A stretch of 64,000 nucleotides of DNA from Raillietiella orientalis (GCA_036172245.1 JAYWIR010000003.1:248001-312000), one strand, 5' to 3'. Numbered from the stretch's first letter, positions 1 through 12,955 are shown. Translations and numbers: made by a program. Notes: generated by a model from the letters alone, not told the origin.

Positions 1-728
1 CGTACGTACCACGGAACGCGCACAAGGGGCCCCAAGACTCTCTTAAGGATTCCTCGGTCCTTCGCCTTTCCGACCGCGGGAGGGTGCAGGAACGACCTGA
101 TACGGCCCTCCCCTCCAAGGGAGGGCTTTTTCGGCCGCCTCGGAGTGGTCTTCGCCCCCAACCCGAACCTGAAGACGCAGCAGGCACTGGACCGCGGGCT
201 GCCGTCGCCGCGAGGGAGACGGAAGCTGAGTTTCCGGGAAGACGGGAGACCACTGGAGAGGAAGGGGAGAGGAGGGGGAAAAGCCTTTTCGTGAAAAAGC
301 CTTTTCCTTCTTTCCGAGTTCCGTCGTCCTCCCTCAGAGGATGAGGGCAGGGGAGCACCCACCGCGTGGGGAGACAAAGGATGCCACGCCTTCGTCCCGT
401 TGGTCCTGTCACCCTGCTCCCAAGGAAGGCACTCCCTCCTCGCAGAAACGGCTCCTGGGAGGCGTTTCCCTGCAGCCCCCTACCGTACCGCCCTGTCCAT
501 CCGTCCGCGGTGAGCTCGCATGATCCTCCGGAAGTAAGAGGAAGGGTAAGAAAGGGAGGAAGAACTTCGCGGAGGAAGATTGCTCTCCGACGCCGGGAAA
601 GCCGGGAGCGCCCTAAGGGGTACCTACCTGTCCCCGGGACCGGCTGCCGCATATCCCCCGGAAACGGAGGCAACAGCGGAAACGCGGAAGGAAAGAGGGA
701 GGGAAGGGGGAGCAGCGCGCGCCGTTAC

Positions 729-3584
729 CTCGTCCATCTCTCCCCACACCAAGATGAAATCCCCCTCGTTCAGGCGCAGCTCCGTTTCTGGATTCTCGTT
801 GGGGGAGTGCAGGAGCGGGTCGTAGGAGTACCTGGGGTCGGAGAGACGGTGTCAGAGGGACGAGGGAAACAGCGGGGGGGGGAGAGGGGAGAGAGTCCCC
901 TCACTTGGCGACGTAGACGTAGCACCTGCCGATCCCGGGAACCTCCAGCATGTCGATCTTGCACTGCAGATCCGTTGCCTCCGGGAGCGCTGGAAGTGGA
1001 GAGAGGAGGAAGGAATGGGGGAGAGCATTTCGCGCGATGGCCGGAGGGCGTCGCCCCTCCCGCAGCAGCTCACGGGTCCGGAGAGGGGCAGGAATGGGAT
1101 GACGGACGGGGAAAAGGATGATGGAAAAGGGGGGGTCACGCGTTCCAGGCGCGCGGGCAAACTGCCGCCTCCAGGCAGATGGGGACTACTTACCTTTCGC
1201 TCCCGTGTTGCCATGGGCGCTCGCTCCTGGTGGTTCCCTAGCGACAGTGATCTCCTCCTTCGCTGGGACGACCACCGAGAGCTCGGGGGCCGTCGCCACG
1301 TGCTTCTTGCCGGGAAGATCCGTCTGGCTGCAGCCTGCAAGGGAGGAGCAGGGCGGCGGGGGATTCCGAAACCGGGATGCGGAACGGGAGGGTGCAGCAG
1401 GTCTTCCCGGCTGGACCGGAGAAGGCGCGGGGAGAGACCGCAGGGTTGCCGCCCTCTCACCTTCGGTGGAGCTGTCCGGAAGCGGGCGCAAAGGGGGGGC
1501 GGGCAGGACCTGCCCCGACCTTCCCCTGGGCCCGCCTCCGTTCAGCTGCGGGGGCGGCGGCTCCATGCCGAGCTCGTGTCGCAGGCCGGTCACGTTGTCC
1601 AGCTTTCTGTCCAGTTCATCAGCCAGGTGGTTGACCCTGTCGATGCCCATGTCCAGGGCGCTGGGCAGCTCTGCACGGGAAGAGGGGGAAGGGGGGCAAG
1701 AGAAGCAGGGGGCCAGTGGGGAGCGTGGGGAAAGGTCGCAGGGGGCTGAGGCACCGACCGTGGTTGGACGAAGAGGGTAGCCGCCTCCGCGCTCCGTGGT
1801 CCACCGTGTTGCCTCCTCCTCCTCCTCCTCCTGGCTGGCACGCGAAACCTGAAGCACGCGCGGGACTGAAGAAGGAAAACGGAACCCCTCCTCCACCCCT
1901 CCCCGCCCCACCTGGACCCCTCCGCGGGCCCCGCCCACCTTTCTTGATGGCTGCCAGGTCCAGCATCAGCTCTTCGTGAAGCACCCCCTGCAGCTCGCTC
2001 CTCTTCTTCAGCTCCCGCATCCTGGACTGCAAGCAGGGGAGGGTAGGACCTCTACAGGAGGTCAGCGCGCGCCGGCGCACCCTGGGGAGGGGGAGGGAGG
2101 GAGGGGGAGAGGAAGGCGAAGGCTGACGCCGGGCCATCCGCAGGACCCTTCCCCACTCCCCCCTTGCTTCCAGGAACCCCCGAGCCGAGTTCCCCTGGAA
2201 CCTTAAGCGTCCCTTTCCTCAAGCGTCCTTCCTGGAACAGACAGCCCGCTTCCTGATTGGCGGGGGTCGAGAGGAGGCTGCTGAAGAGCAGCTCGCGGGC
2301 CGCTGGGCCGCCGTGCCGCATGCCCTGGCCATCCGCTAGGGAGGAAGCATGAACGGTGGCCAGCGTCCCCAGCGTTGCTCCTTAGCGCTCAGGGTGTCCT
2401 TGCCCGCTCGGAATCCTTTCGAGAGGGGGCAAGGGCAGGAAGGGGCCGTTGCCCTCCCCTCGCCTTGGTTCTCCTCTAGTTCGTTCGTTGTCCCGGTCCT
2501 CTCTCCCTCCCTCCGGGAGTCGCTTTCTCTCCTTCCTTCCTCCCCCCGCAGGGACCTAGCGACTACCTCGACGGATTCGATGAGGTCGCGGATCCTCTGC
2601 CGCTCAGCGCTGGTCTTCGCCTTCCGCAGACGCTGCTGCTGCTCCTGCAGCTGCCGACAGACTTCCTCGTGCTGCTGCTCCAGCCGCCTCTGAGCCTCCG
2701 TTGCGTCCCGGATGCTCTGGAAGATGAGAGGAAAGGAAGGAAAGAAGGACGTGGGGGTCTCAGACACGTCTCCTCCTCCAGAAGTCTCACGCGCGGGGGG
2801 GAGGGTAGGAGGAGCCACCTCCAGGCCGGGAAGCACCGACTTCCCTCCCGGATCCTCATTCTCCTCCCCCACGCGCCGCTCGCGGGCCCTACCTTGAGGA
2901 TGTGCCCGATCTGTTGGCTTCTCCCCTCCTTCGATGGCAGGAGGCCACCGTCCAGTTCCTCCTCCTCCATTCTCATTAGGAGCAGCAGCAGTTCCAGGAA
3001 CTCGAGCTCAATCCGAACCTGCAAGAAGGGCGCCCTCTGCAGAGCGGAGTGCGCCCCACCCCCATCCCACCCGCAGAGCGGGAAGAGGAAGTCTGCTGCA
3101 AGAATGGTGGGGGAAACGGCCTCCCGCCCGCGGCGAGCCACGGGGAGAAAAAGGGCCAGTTTCCAGGCTCGGAGCTGGCTCCCAGGCGTTCCCGGTCTCC
3201 CGGGGCAAACGGGTGCGTGCGAGTCGAAAGGCCCGCCCTCCCCGCAGGTGGAAGTGCTCCCCACCGACACGAGGGCGACTGCTGGCAGCCAGAAAGCTCC
3301 TTGCATCCCCTCTCCTCCTCCACCTCCTTCCTTTTCCTCGATCCGCTCGCCCCCGCTCCCGCGGGCGGGCGACCCTTGGGCGGGAGAAGGGTAGTGCTCC
3401 TTACCGCATGGAAGCATAGCTGCCCCTCAAGCTGGGCCCTCCACTTCAGCAGTCGAAACTCATCGAGCTCCGAGGAGAGGTCCCTCGGAGGACGGCACCC
3501 GGGGTGAAGCTCTCGGCGGAGGAGGTCCTCGGCGCGACGATGATGACCCCGGCGGCTACTGGCTCTTGGGTGGAGGCTGCAGCT
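729..3584 (-). CDS. RIMBP2: RIM-binding protein (Rbp/RIMBP2-like), 5' portion: N-terminal coiled coil and start of the first SH3 domain; gene continues off the left edge
   Basis: Phase-compatible exons 3018-2893, 2716-2567, 2026-1939, 1670-1461, 1334-1194, 989-905, 831-729, plus a putative upstream exon 3584-3405. Translation includes SIRDATEAQRRLEQQHEEVCRQLQEQQQ, SRMRELKKRSELQGVLHEELMLDLAAIKK and KIDMLEVPGIGRCYVYVAK/YSYDPLLHSPNENPETELRLNEGDFILVWGEMDE, the RIM-BP SH3-I signature (SPNENPE.EL....GD...VWG.MDE). I found no exon for the following DGF..GELL in 1-728. Start codon uncertain. Confidence 0.9.
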
Positions 3585-6159
3585 CTGCGGGCAGAGAAGA
3601 CACGCGTCGTGAGGCGGTTGTCCCCCTTAATAAAGGGTCCGGGAGGAGAGGACGGGGCACCATGCCTGGGGGCGAAGCTCCGAGGCGGTTGCGACGCCGC
3701 GGTCGACCCGCGCTGCTGCAGTCTGCCATTGCGGACCAGGGGCCGAGGAAGCGCTCGCGCGCAGAGTTGGAAGTCAAGTACAAGTTCCTCTCAGCCTCCG
3801 ACGCCTGTGGGGCACATCCCAGCCTCTCCTTTGCTGGGGTTCCCCTGCTTCACTGATGCCGGAAGGAGACGTGGGAGACCTCAGCAGCCCTCAGACGTGG
3901 GCGTCGCCGTCTTCCCTCCCCGCCGTGAGCGACCGTCGCCCGGGAAACGCTCTTCTGAGCGCACTCCTTCCCTGCTCCCTTCTTCTCCCCCTCCCATACC
4001 ACCATCCTTCCACGGCCGCCCTTGGCGTCACCCCCTAATGATCCTCCAGAGCGACAGGGAGCTGAGCGACTCCGGCCGAGGAAGGCCCGTACCGATCACC
4101 CAAGGGCACGCGGCGATCGTTTTCGCGAGGGTGCAGCTCCTGTCGAGGCAGAGGGCGCTCTCGTTGACGCGTTGACTCTGCTGCCGGGCATTCGGCGGGG
4201 AGAATCCGTCCCGGCAGGGATTGCTGAACTCGCCTCCCTTCTCTACCACCATCTCGCCCTCCCCCCGGATCCAGTAAGACGAACAAACGCAAAGCACCGC
4301 AGCCTCGAGAAGGCGAGGAAGGGGTTGGGTAAGGGACGGCCCCCTTGGGTGGGTAGGCGAGGAGACCTGAAGACACATCGACCTGAGTGCCGACTGAGCC
4401 CCCAGCGGTCTCCTGATAGATCTCAGGGAGAGAGGAGGGATCCCTTCCTCCATTCGCTCTGGGAGCTGCCCGTCCTTCTTCCCCGGAACAGGGGTCATGT
4501 TCTCGCCAAAGCGGCACGGAGGTGCGGATTTCCAGCCGTCTCCTACGGGACAGTAGGAAGCGGAGAAGGCGGGAAGTCCCTTCGCATCGTCGAGAGAAGC
4601 TTCTGGGGGGGCAAAGTGGATCGTGGCAGGGGAGCGGGGAAGGTCCCACGATCTGCCAGTAGGTGCCGGAGGGGTCCTTCTTCCGCCGGGGAACCTGAGG
4701 AGAGGTGTAAAGTGGGATGGAGATATATAAGGAAGGAGGGGATGGGAACGGATCACAGGAACCAGTTCTAGGAAAAAGGGGGGAATGGAGACCCTTTTCC
4801 ACTTTGCTCTAGAGTCTCCCCAGCTCCCCCGCAGTTCCTGGAACGCCCGACAGGGAGATCGCTCTCTTCTCCTCCGATGCTCCTCATCTGCGCGCCTCCT
4901 CCTTAACTCCTTCCCTCTTTCCTTTCGGGAACGGCGGAGCCTTGCGCCAGGTAGTTCACATGCTAGATCCTCTGCCTCTTCCCCATCACCCACCGCGAGG
5001 AGTCCCGGTTTGTGGAGAAAGTATCACGTGCGCATCCCTCCCGCGTCCTTTTCCGTCTTCGGTAGCGCTGGAGGGAAGCAGCAACGCGGGTGCCCTCGCT
5101 GTCCTAGCGGCCGCGACCCCCGCGCACTGAAGGCGCCCGAGAGGGTGACCCTCGGGCAGGAAGACACCACCTAGCTGGAGTGAAAGTGAGCCCATAAGCC
5201 ACTCCAGGGAGGGATCCGGACGGGTGAAGGCTGGCTCGCCCCGCTCCCCTTCCGGCCCGGTAGGAGGAGGAAAGGGGGTGCAAGTGCAGGCGATTCTCCC
5301 TCTCCAGCGCCCACCGTCCCTTACCTCCGCCCTGGTTCCCCGGGAGGGTCAGGAAGAGGAAGTGGCGTTCCTCTAGCCGCTTCCCTCCCGACGGGAAGTA
5401 GTAAGGAGGACGGAGAGGAAGGCATGGCATTCCAGGAGCCGAGCTCGTGGGTCGCCCTCCGTCGCCATCCCGGGAGGAAAGGATGACCCGGTCGCCCTAC
5501 CTCGCTTGCGATCTGAACCCCAAGGGTCGAACGGCGCCTCCCTCCCCATCCATCTCACTTCTGTGGAGTCGTGCGCGCGCACGGGAGGGGGTGGACGGGG
5601 AGCGAAGGTCGCGCTGCCGGGTGTCTTCCCGGCGTCGCCCGGATCCCTGCGTCCTGCCTGGCTGCTGCATCCTCCCCTTTCACGAGGAAACTTTCGCTTC
5701 CTTTGGGAGAAGCCGCTGAGGGAAGAGCAGCAAGCAAGCCCTCCCGGCTCCTCCTCCTCTTCCCTCCCTCCCCGCCTGCCCTACGCGCTCGAGTGGACCC
5801 AGCGCGACGCTAGGAAGGGACTCACCTAGGATCCACACGTCCGTCCCAGGAGCGGGCTGCAGCAACATTGAGGCCGCTCTCCGGGGCGATCGATGCGGCC
5901 GTGGCGGAATCGATAGGAGCGGGAGGCGGCGGCGGCGGCGGCGGGCGCCACCTGTTGCGGGTTCAGCGCAGGCGCGTGTCGCGCGCGCAGGCGCGTGGCT
6001 CCTGCCTGCGGCGAGGGAAGTGAGGCGGAAAGCGGCGGGAATTCTCTCGCTCTCGCACTTCATCCCGGACAACCTCGCTCGCCAGCGATCCCGGAGCCTC
6101 CTCCTCCATGCCAGCGAGCCGGATTTACGGCCGCAGACGCCCATGTGCTCTTGTTCGGT

Positions 6160-6300
6160 GGAGGAGGACGAAAGGAGGAAGATGGGAAGGAAAAGAGGAA
6201 GAAGAGAAAGGAGGAGGAGGAAGAAGAAAGGCGGAGGAGAAGGAAAGGAGGAGGGGAGGAGGAGGAAGGGAAGAGGGGTGGACGGGTGGAAAAAAGGAGT
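6160..6300. repeat. Polypurine (GGA/GAA-rich) low-complexity tract
   Basis: About 140 nt almost entirely A/G on the + strand (gaggaggaggaagaagaaagg...), upstream of a minus-strand donor at 5825 (TAG|GTGAGT) that may end a non-coding first exon of Rbp. Confidence 0.8.
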
Positions 6301-7589
6301 TTAAGAGTGTCGCCGAGATAAAAACTGTAGGAGTGATGAAGGGACACAGCAGTGAGGGAAGGGAAGGAACAGGACACGAGCGCACACGCGCTCGCTTCCT
6401 CTCCTCCCTCGTTGCCGTGGTGCTGCTGTTCGCAGTTAGGGGTAGCGACTCCCAGGTTTCCATGCTGCCCTGTGTGAAGACGGCATCGAGGACGCGCGCG
6501 CTCGAGGGGGAAAGGGGCCTCAAATGCGCGCCGAAATCTCCACCCTCCTACCTCCTCTTTACCCGTCTTTACCCAAAAGTGGCGCCCTTTGCCACCTCCT
6601 CCTCCTCTTTATATCTCCATGCGAGCTTCCTCGCAATGGTGCCCGGCGTGCTCCGAGCTCCCCACGGCGCGGCGACTAAGGACAAAGGCAAGAAGGGGAG
6701 GAAGAAAGGCGTACGCCCTTCGGTCGCATCCACCTGCAGCCTTGTCCCGCCCCCCCTCCCCATTCCCCACCTCCTCCGTCAGACACCACGGGAGCACTGC
6801 ATCGCTTCCTCCACGGAGGATTCCACTCGCAACCCTGCCCGCAGGAACCCTCGGAAACGCTGCAGGAAGAGTCCCGCTGGCTCATCTCCGCGGCACCTTT
6901 CTGGACGTCCACCTGCAGGGATGGGGAATGGAAAGGGGAGGGAGAGAAGCAAAAAGACCTGCAAACCGGATGGTAAAAGAGACTTTTGAGTGAAGGGGGA
7001 GGGCGATTTTGAAACGTCAACGTCGTCACGGAGCCATCTGCTTGAGATCTCCGCTCCCTAGGCAACGGCACCTGGACCGAGAGACCTGCAGGGCGTTCTC
7101 GAAGTGGGAAAGGAAAAATGAAGCCGAAGACATTCCTGAGACTCCTCGCTTCTCCCTCCTTTCCCTTCGTTTCTCGGGAGAAGAGGAAGCAGGGGAGGGG
7201 GAGGGAGGAGGAAGGAAACACGAAAGAGGAATCCGCGTCTCCTGTGTCGAGTCCGCATCCTCCACGAGTTCCATCTGAAAGCCACTCTGCTCGCAGAGGG
7301 AGTGAGGAGACGGAGGAGTAGGCGGAACCAGCCCACGTTTCCCTCACATCTGCGAGCAAGAGGGTAGGGGTGAGAAGAAGAGAGAGAGGAGGGGAAGGGG
7401 GGTCAATCGTGCGTTTGGATGATTTCATCTCACTGAGACGTAAGTGCTCGGGAGATCGGTCTCTCCTGCCCTCTCTTCCTGGGTGGTCACAGGTCGCGTT
7501 AGAGGAAGCGAGGAGGAGGAGGAGGTGGAAGTGAGCCGCATGCCCGTGTGAGCCTCATGCGCATAACCGCCACCACGGTGAGGAATCCC

Positions 7590-9478
7590 TCAGGATGGCG
7601 GCGGACTCCAGAGGAGAGCCCGCGGCCACTGCCGGGCGGCAGGGTCGTCACGCTCAGTGGTGCGGTGGCTGCAGCTCTGAATGCGCAGTTTGAGAGGCCG
7701 CCCCCGGGACGTTCGGTCTCTCTCAGTACCCCCTGGGGTGCACTCTGTTCCACGAAAACCATGAAGTCCCCTCGCATCTCTCCCATCCTCTTCCTCCTTC
7801 TCGGATAGAGGATTCCCATTTCCTCTCGGTCGCTCGGAGCTACAGGAGAACCCATGTCCAAGGGATCTCTCCCTCTGATTCCCGAGATCGAATGATCGCT
7901 TCGGAACCGTCACCCTATCTCTGTACCCTACCCTGCCTCCGGTTTCCCGGACTCCGGTTGCCGCGCTACAGGGAAGTTTCACCTCGTTCTGGGTCCTGTC
8001 CTCCTCTCGGACGCCTTACTGCTCGGCGGAGATGGAGGAGATCACGGTCGGGTCTACAGCCTCCATGTCTGCGAGTTTTTCCGCTCTCCCGGGCCGTTCT
8101 TTAAGTTCGCTCCAGGAAAGACCGGTGCCTCCCGACGGCGTTCTACCTCCTCCTCCCCCAAAAAACGCTTGTAGCAGATCCCGGGAGGGATTGCTCGGTT
8201 TCCAGGATGAACCTCGACTGCAACCATCAGTGTTGCTTCCTACGGCAGCGATAACGACATCCAGTCCAGAGCCAGAGCGTCTCTCGGCAACGCGGTGCTC
8301 GGAACGTGGGGTCACTCGTCGCTTTGAAACGGAAGGACAGGAAAGGGCGGGAGACACCGACCCCGAGAGGTTTTCCTGCACTGCTCGTAAATCTTGCCTC
8401 CCCTCCTCCTCAGACCGCTCCCCCCCCGTGGTCTTCCTTCCTAAGAGCTTCGCACTCGGCTCTGTCTCCCGGGCAACCGTTCTCCGAGGAGGAGGACCGC
8501 GCTTTCTCATCTCGGCGGCAGCCCCTCCCCTGAAGAGCCCATGGGGACCTGCTCCGGTCTCTGGTGCTTTTCTCGAGGATCGCACGAGTCCTCCGGGTCC
8601 CACTCCCGGGAGGAGCTGAGAGGCCGACTCGAGATGCATACCCCCGAGGGAGGAAGAAGCGAGGAGAACGGTCGCTGGATCCCTGGAAGCGGCGGCGGTT
8701 GCAAGGACCCCTGAAGCATCGAGGGGCGCTGCCGTCCAGGACGATTGCGGTGGACTTACCTCCTCAGAACCGCGGCCAATCCCCCTCGCAAGCCATGGGT
8801 CGGTCGCGGGGCTGGGTCCCAACCACCACGAGAAAGGGCAGCCCGGCAAGCGACCCTGTGGTACGAGTTGCGGGGATCGTCTTGTCGAGACCGCCTCCAA
8901 GAGAGTCCGCTGAGGTTCCTCTGGAGAGGTGAGTCCACTAGCCTCCAGAGCGCAGGCACACGAGGGGCGGCCGTGGTTCGAGGGGAAGGGGAGGGTGGAG
9001 GGTTGGATTTGAGACAGATCTCCCCTGCCAGGCTTTCGGGAAAGGTGAAGAAATGCTATCCCGACCCTTTTGGCAGAGACGGCGCTGCTGGCGTTTCCGG
9101 GGGGGCAAGAGGAGGGAGGGGACGCTCTGGGGTGCAGTCTCGAGAAAGATGCACCCCTTTTCCAGTCCGAGGACCATTCCCAGGTCGCGAGAATTCTGGA
9201 CTGCCCCTGCACCGCCTGCCGGAAAAGTGAAGGAGCGACAGCCGCGTTCCCCAGTATCCGTTGCCGGAGAGACCGCGAAAGTCATCTTCGAAGGGCGGCG
9301 CGCGAGAACGGCTCGGGAGCGCGGTGGAACTCGCAGGCAAGGCCACTGCGAACCTGACTGTAACCTCGCCCGTCTCCTCCGCCAAACCGCAAGGCGTCCG
9401 AGAGGAGGATCGGCGGGAGCCTGGTTGCCTGCCCATCAGGTCGAGGGAAGTCTGGAAAAGTCCGCCTCGGGACACGTC
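7590..9478 (-). CDS. Hypothetical Ser/Gly/Arg/Pro-rich protein, 3' exons
   Basis: Three phase-compatible putative exons: 9478-9365 (after CTCTTCTAG; weak donor GTTACA), 9215-8020 (after TTTTCCGGCAG, ends CA|GTAAGG) and 7965-7590 (after CTTCCCTGTAG, 54-nt intron). No recognisable domain; upstream exons unresolved. Confidence 0.35.
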
Positions 9479-12400
9479 CTAGAAGAGTCCACCATTCCCG
9501 GTAGCGAGGAGTTCCGGTCGGAAAGTGGGAAACTCTCGGGAGATGCGGGGAGAGGGGGTGCTACCGAAGGGTAAAGGGAAAAGGATGAGAGAGGGGGGGA
9601 GGCAAAGGGGTAAGCGAGGCTCTCTTGAATTTCCCTCCTCCTCGGAAGACCCCGGGACCCGCGAGATCTTCCCGGAAAAGCAGGTCTTGAGGAGGATCCG
9701 GGAGCAGATAGGTGGAGGGTCGTCCCCTTTGGCACGTCCGGATAACCACCTCCTACCAAACCCTCCATCTCGGAGAGAAATAGATGGAGACGCTTCGCCG
9801 AGAGCTTCTCCCGGGGAAGCTCTCAGCGAGTGCAGCCGATCAGGGCAACGATCCCTCCAGCCCCGGCCGGGTGCCACCCCCAGAGGCATCCTCGTCTCCT
9901 CATTGCCTGCGCGTTGGCCGTCAGGTCGCACAGCTCCCGTAGAGATCCCAGCGCCCTTGAAAGTGGCTCCGAGAGTGAACAAGCGCATGTTCACGGAACG
10001 AGACCCCAGGGAATCTTTCCCTTCCCTCTCCTTCCCCTTCCCGTCCGCGCGCACTGCTTCCGACGTCCTCACACTCGCGCATGGCGCCTCCCTTCCAGAC
10101 CCACCTGAAGGGCTCCTGCGTCCGCCATCCTTCTTTCTCCGTAGAGGGCAGGAAAGGGGAAGGAGGTGGGATTCAACGGACGAGGAACCCGCGGAAGGGA
10201 GACTCAAGGCCAGAGAGGGAGGCCGACGGAAGAGCAAATCGACGAGAAAGCGCACCCCGGTCCCGTCCGAGTCTCGGGAAGCGCGTTGAGGTAGCCAGAA
10301 GAGGACCCGAGACGAGTTCACTTCGTCTTCCGCTAGGGAGTCTACGCGCTGGCCCTCGGCACCGCCCAGGGCGCGCGGGGAAAGAACGCGGAAGACACTC
10401 GGGAGGAAGAGACGAGAGAGGGGAAGTCGACCAGGGGGTCTCTCGGGAGGTCCGGGGGAAACGAAGAGCGCGCGACGCTCGGAGTTCGCCCCGGAGGGGG
10501 AGAGGGCGGAGGGCTGGCGCTCCGAGAGGGAGGGGAGAGCGTGCGCCATGCCCGCAGCATCTCCCTCCTCGTTCTAGAATTCCCCGACTTCTCTCCCTGC
10601 CCTCGAGAGGAGGGAGCGGATGCAACGGCTCTGCAGCTCCGGTGCGTTGGCGGGGAAAAGGGGGAGGACTGGGAAGAGAGGCAAGGGGCGTGGACGCACA
10701 GCTGTAGGGTCCTTCCTGCGAAGTCGGGAGAGAGGGAAGGCCGGGAGGCGGCCCCTTGTCCCCGACTCCTAGCGCTGCCGCCCCCTCCTTTGTCCCCTGT
10801 TTCGGCTCCGCATATCCTGGAAAGGAAGAGTACGGGGCAGGGGATCGAACCTCCCTCACCCTTCCCCCCTCCCATCCATCCCACAGTGGAGGCACCGGTA
10901 GACCATTTTTTTCTCGCTTCTCAGCTGGGGGTGATTCTTTTCCCTGGACTGGATGGAAGCGAAAAAGGGCCAGCAGGGAAATCGCCCCAGATGTGCACTC
11001 ACCCTATCCTCTGCCACGAGCCGCCCTCTTACCCCTGAGCGGCTGCCCCTCTAGGAGTTGAAGAGTCCGTTCCTTCCTCCCTTTCTTGAGGATCTTCCGG
11101 TGTAAGCACCTCCCCCCCCCCCTCCCCGACCCGAAGAACCAGCGGGGAAACTCCCTCTTCTCCTATCTTTCCTTCCTTCCCTCTTCCCGAAGGACGACCG
11201 GCAGCCATTCAGGAATCCTCGCCACGCGGAGCGCCCGCAGGTGCCGAAAGCCTCGGCGCCAGTGCTGGACCGCTCCTCCCACTTCGATACCGGAGAAGGG
11301 AAAGGTCGCCTCTCCCTGGACGCTCTCCCCCCTCCGGCGGGAGCGGCAGAGTGTCCTCCCGCCAGCTCTCTCGCACGGAATGGGAAGCGAAGGCGTCGGG
11401 ACAGGGCCGTCCTCCTCGTCGCGTCGTGCTCCTCCGTCGTTCCGGGAGACAGACGAAGAGGGAGGGAGGGAGGGAGGAGAGAATCGGCGCTTCCTGATGG
11501 CGCGGGATTTCTTCTGTAGGGGCTCGGGAGGCGAAACATCTGCGGAGGGGGAGGACTGCGATGGGGAGGGGGATGGCCGTCGAGGGTTCCTCGCCACACC
11601 CCTCCCTCGCTAGGAGCCGCTCGCCGACTCTGCGGCGGCTTTCCGGAAACTCCCCGCAGAGGGAATCGTCGATCGGGACCGGGGACGTGAGCTTCTCGCC
11701 GGATTCTCCCCGTGCGGGCCTCTGCGGAGGCGGCTCTTCCCACGCTCATCGACGAGCCGGTCCAGATCATGTGCCGGACACGCTTGCATCCCCAACTCTG
11801 GAGCAGGAAGCCTTCTGCCCCGCGCGGTCAGTGGGTTTCGCTCCCGGAAGGTAGAACCTGGCTCAGGGTTCGGATCGGGGAGCGAGCTCCCGGAAAGTGA
11901 TCGGGTGCATGGAGACGTACCTCCATCCCAGATCGACAGGAAACACAGTATCCGCTCTCGGGTGCTCCCTTTCGGGAGAAGTCGCCGATCTGCCCCAGGC
12001 GAACCTGCCGGATTCCGAGAGGGCTCGTCCTGAAGAGCAGGGGGTCCGCTCTTCCTCCCTCTTCTCTCCTGCTTCTCAGGAGGAGCCTCTGGCAGGAGCT
12101 GCACTTCATGTCTTTGCTCGCTCTCCTAACGAACGCGCCTGCCTCTTCTTCCCAGGCCTCTGCGGGCGCTCGCCTTCACTGTCGTTCCCTCTGCGGGTTC
12201 TCCTGTCAGCAGCCGGCATCCCGGCACTCAGCGCTGCTCCTGCAGGCAGCTCTGTCGAGGAGGAGAGTTGCCATCAACGTAAGCAGCAATGACGGAAATC
12301 GCGGAAGCACAGAGTCCCCTGAGATTCCTTCTGGGAGGATGGGCGGAGGCATCGAGCACTCGAGAGGACTCGGACGAACAGGAAGCGCCCTCTCTTGGTG

Positions 12401-12756
12401 TGGGGTCACTGCTTCCCCCTGTTCACAGGAAGATTATCATCGTCTTAAGGGGAAACGTGCCTTCTCCGGTTGCCTGCTCCCTTCGAACCCGAAGGAGAAG
12501 CCATTTGCACCCGTAGGACTGTAGTTGCTGCGCAGTTCTTGTACACGTTTGTGGTTGAGTCATTCATCTTTGTTAATTTTCTTCGCCCATGTGATGCAGG
12601 AATCGCCAGCTTGATTAATCGCAGTGAATTCACTTCCATGCATCTTGGTACGAGCTGCCAACGCACGCCTGCAGGTATCGTGCATAATTCATCGGTTTCT
12701 CCGTTAGAAAGTTCCCAGCCTCAAGTCATTCCTCAGGGTTTTGCATAGGCACTTAG

Positions 12757-12955
12757 CGACGGCGGATATACACGCCTAACAATCAGGGGGCGTAGCATCC
12801 GCACCCAACAATGACAAGTGTCGTGCGCATGCCTAACAATGAGGAATGGCCCTTCTGCTGGCAACAACGGCGGATGGCGCACGCAGGCCTAACAATGAGT
12901 GACGCATCCGCTAGCAACAATGACGGATGGCGCAAGCAGGCCTAGCAGCGAGGGT
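12757..12955. repeat. Degenerate tandem array, ~28-nt subunits (~55-nt dimer), each ending in AACAAT or a variant
   Basis: AACAA(T/C) at 12778, 12807, 12835, 12863, 12891 and 12916 (spacing 29, 28, 28, 28, 25); recurring cggatggcgcaNgcaggccta and gcatccgc blocks. Confidence 0.75.

Noticed and set aside
12757..12955. CRISPR-like repeat-spacer array
   Set aside because: The shared motif is only ~6-9 nt and the intervening sequences resemble each other; it is a degenerate minisatellite.
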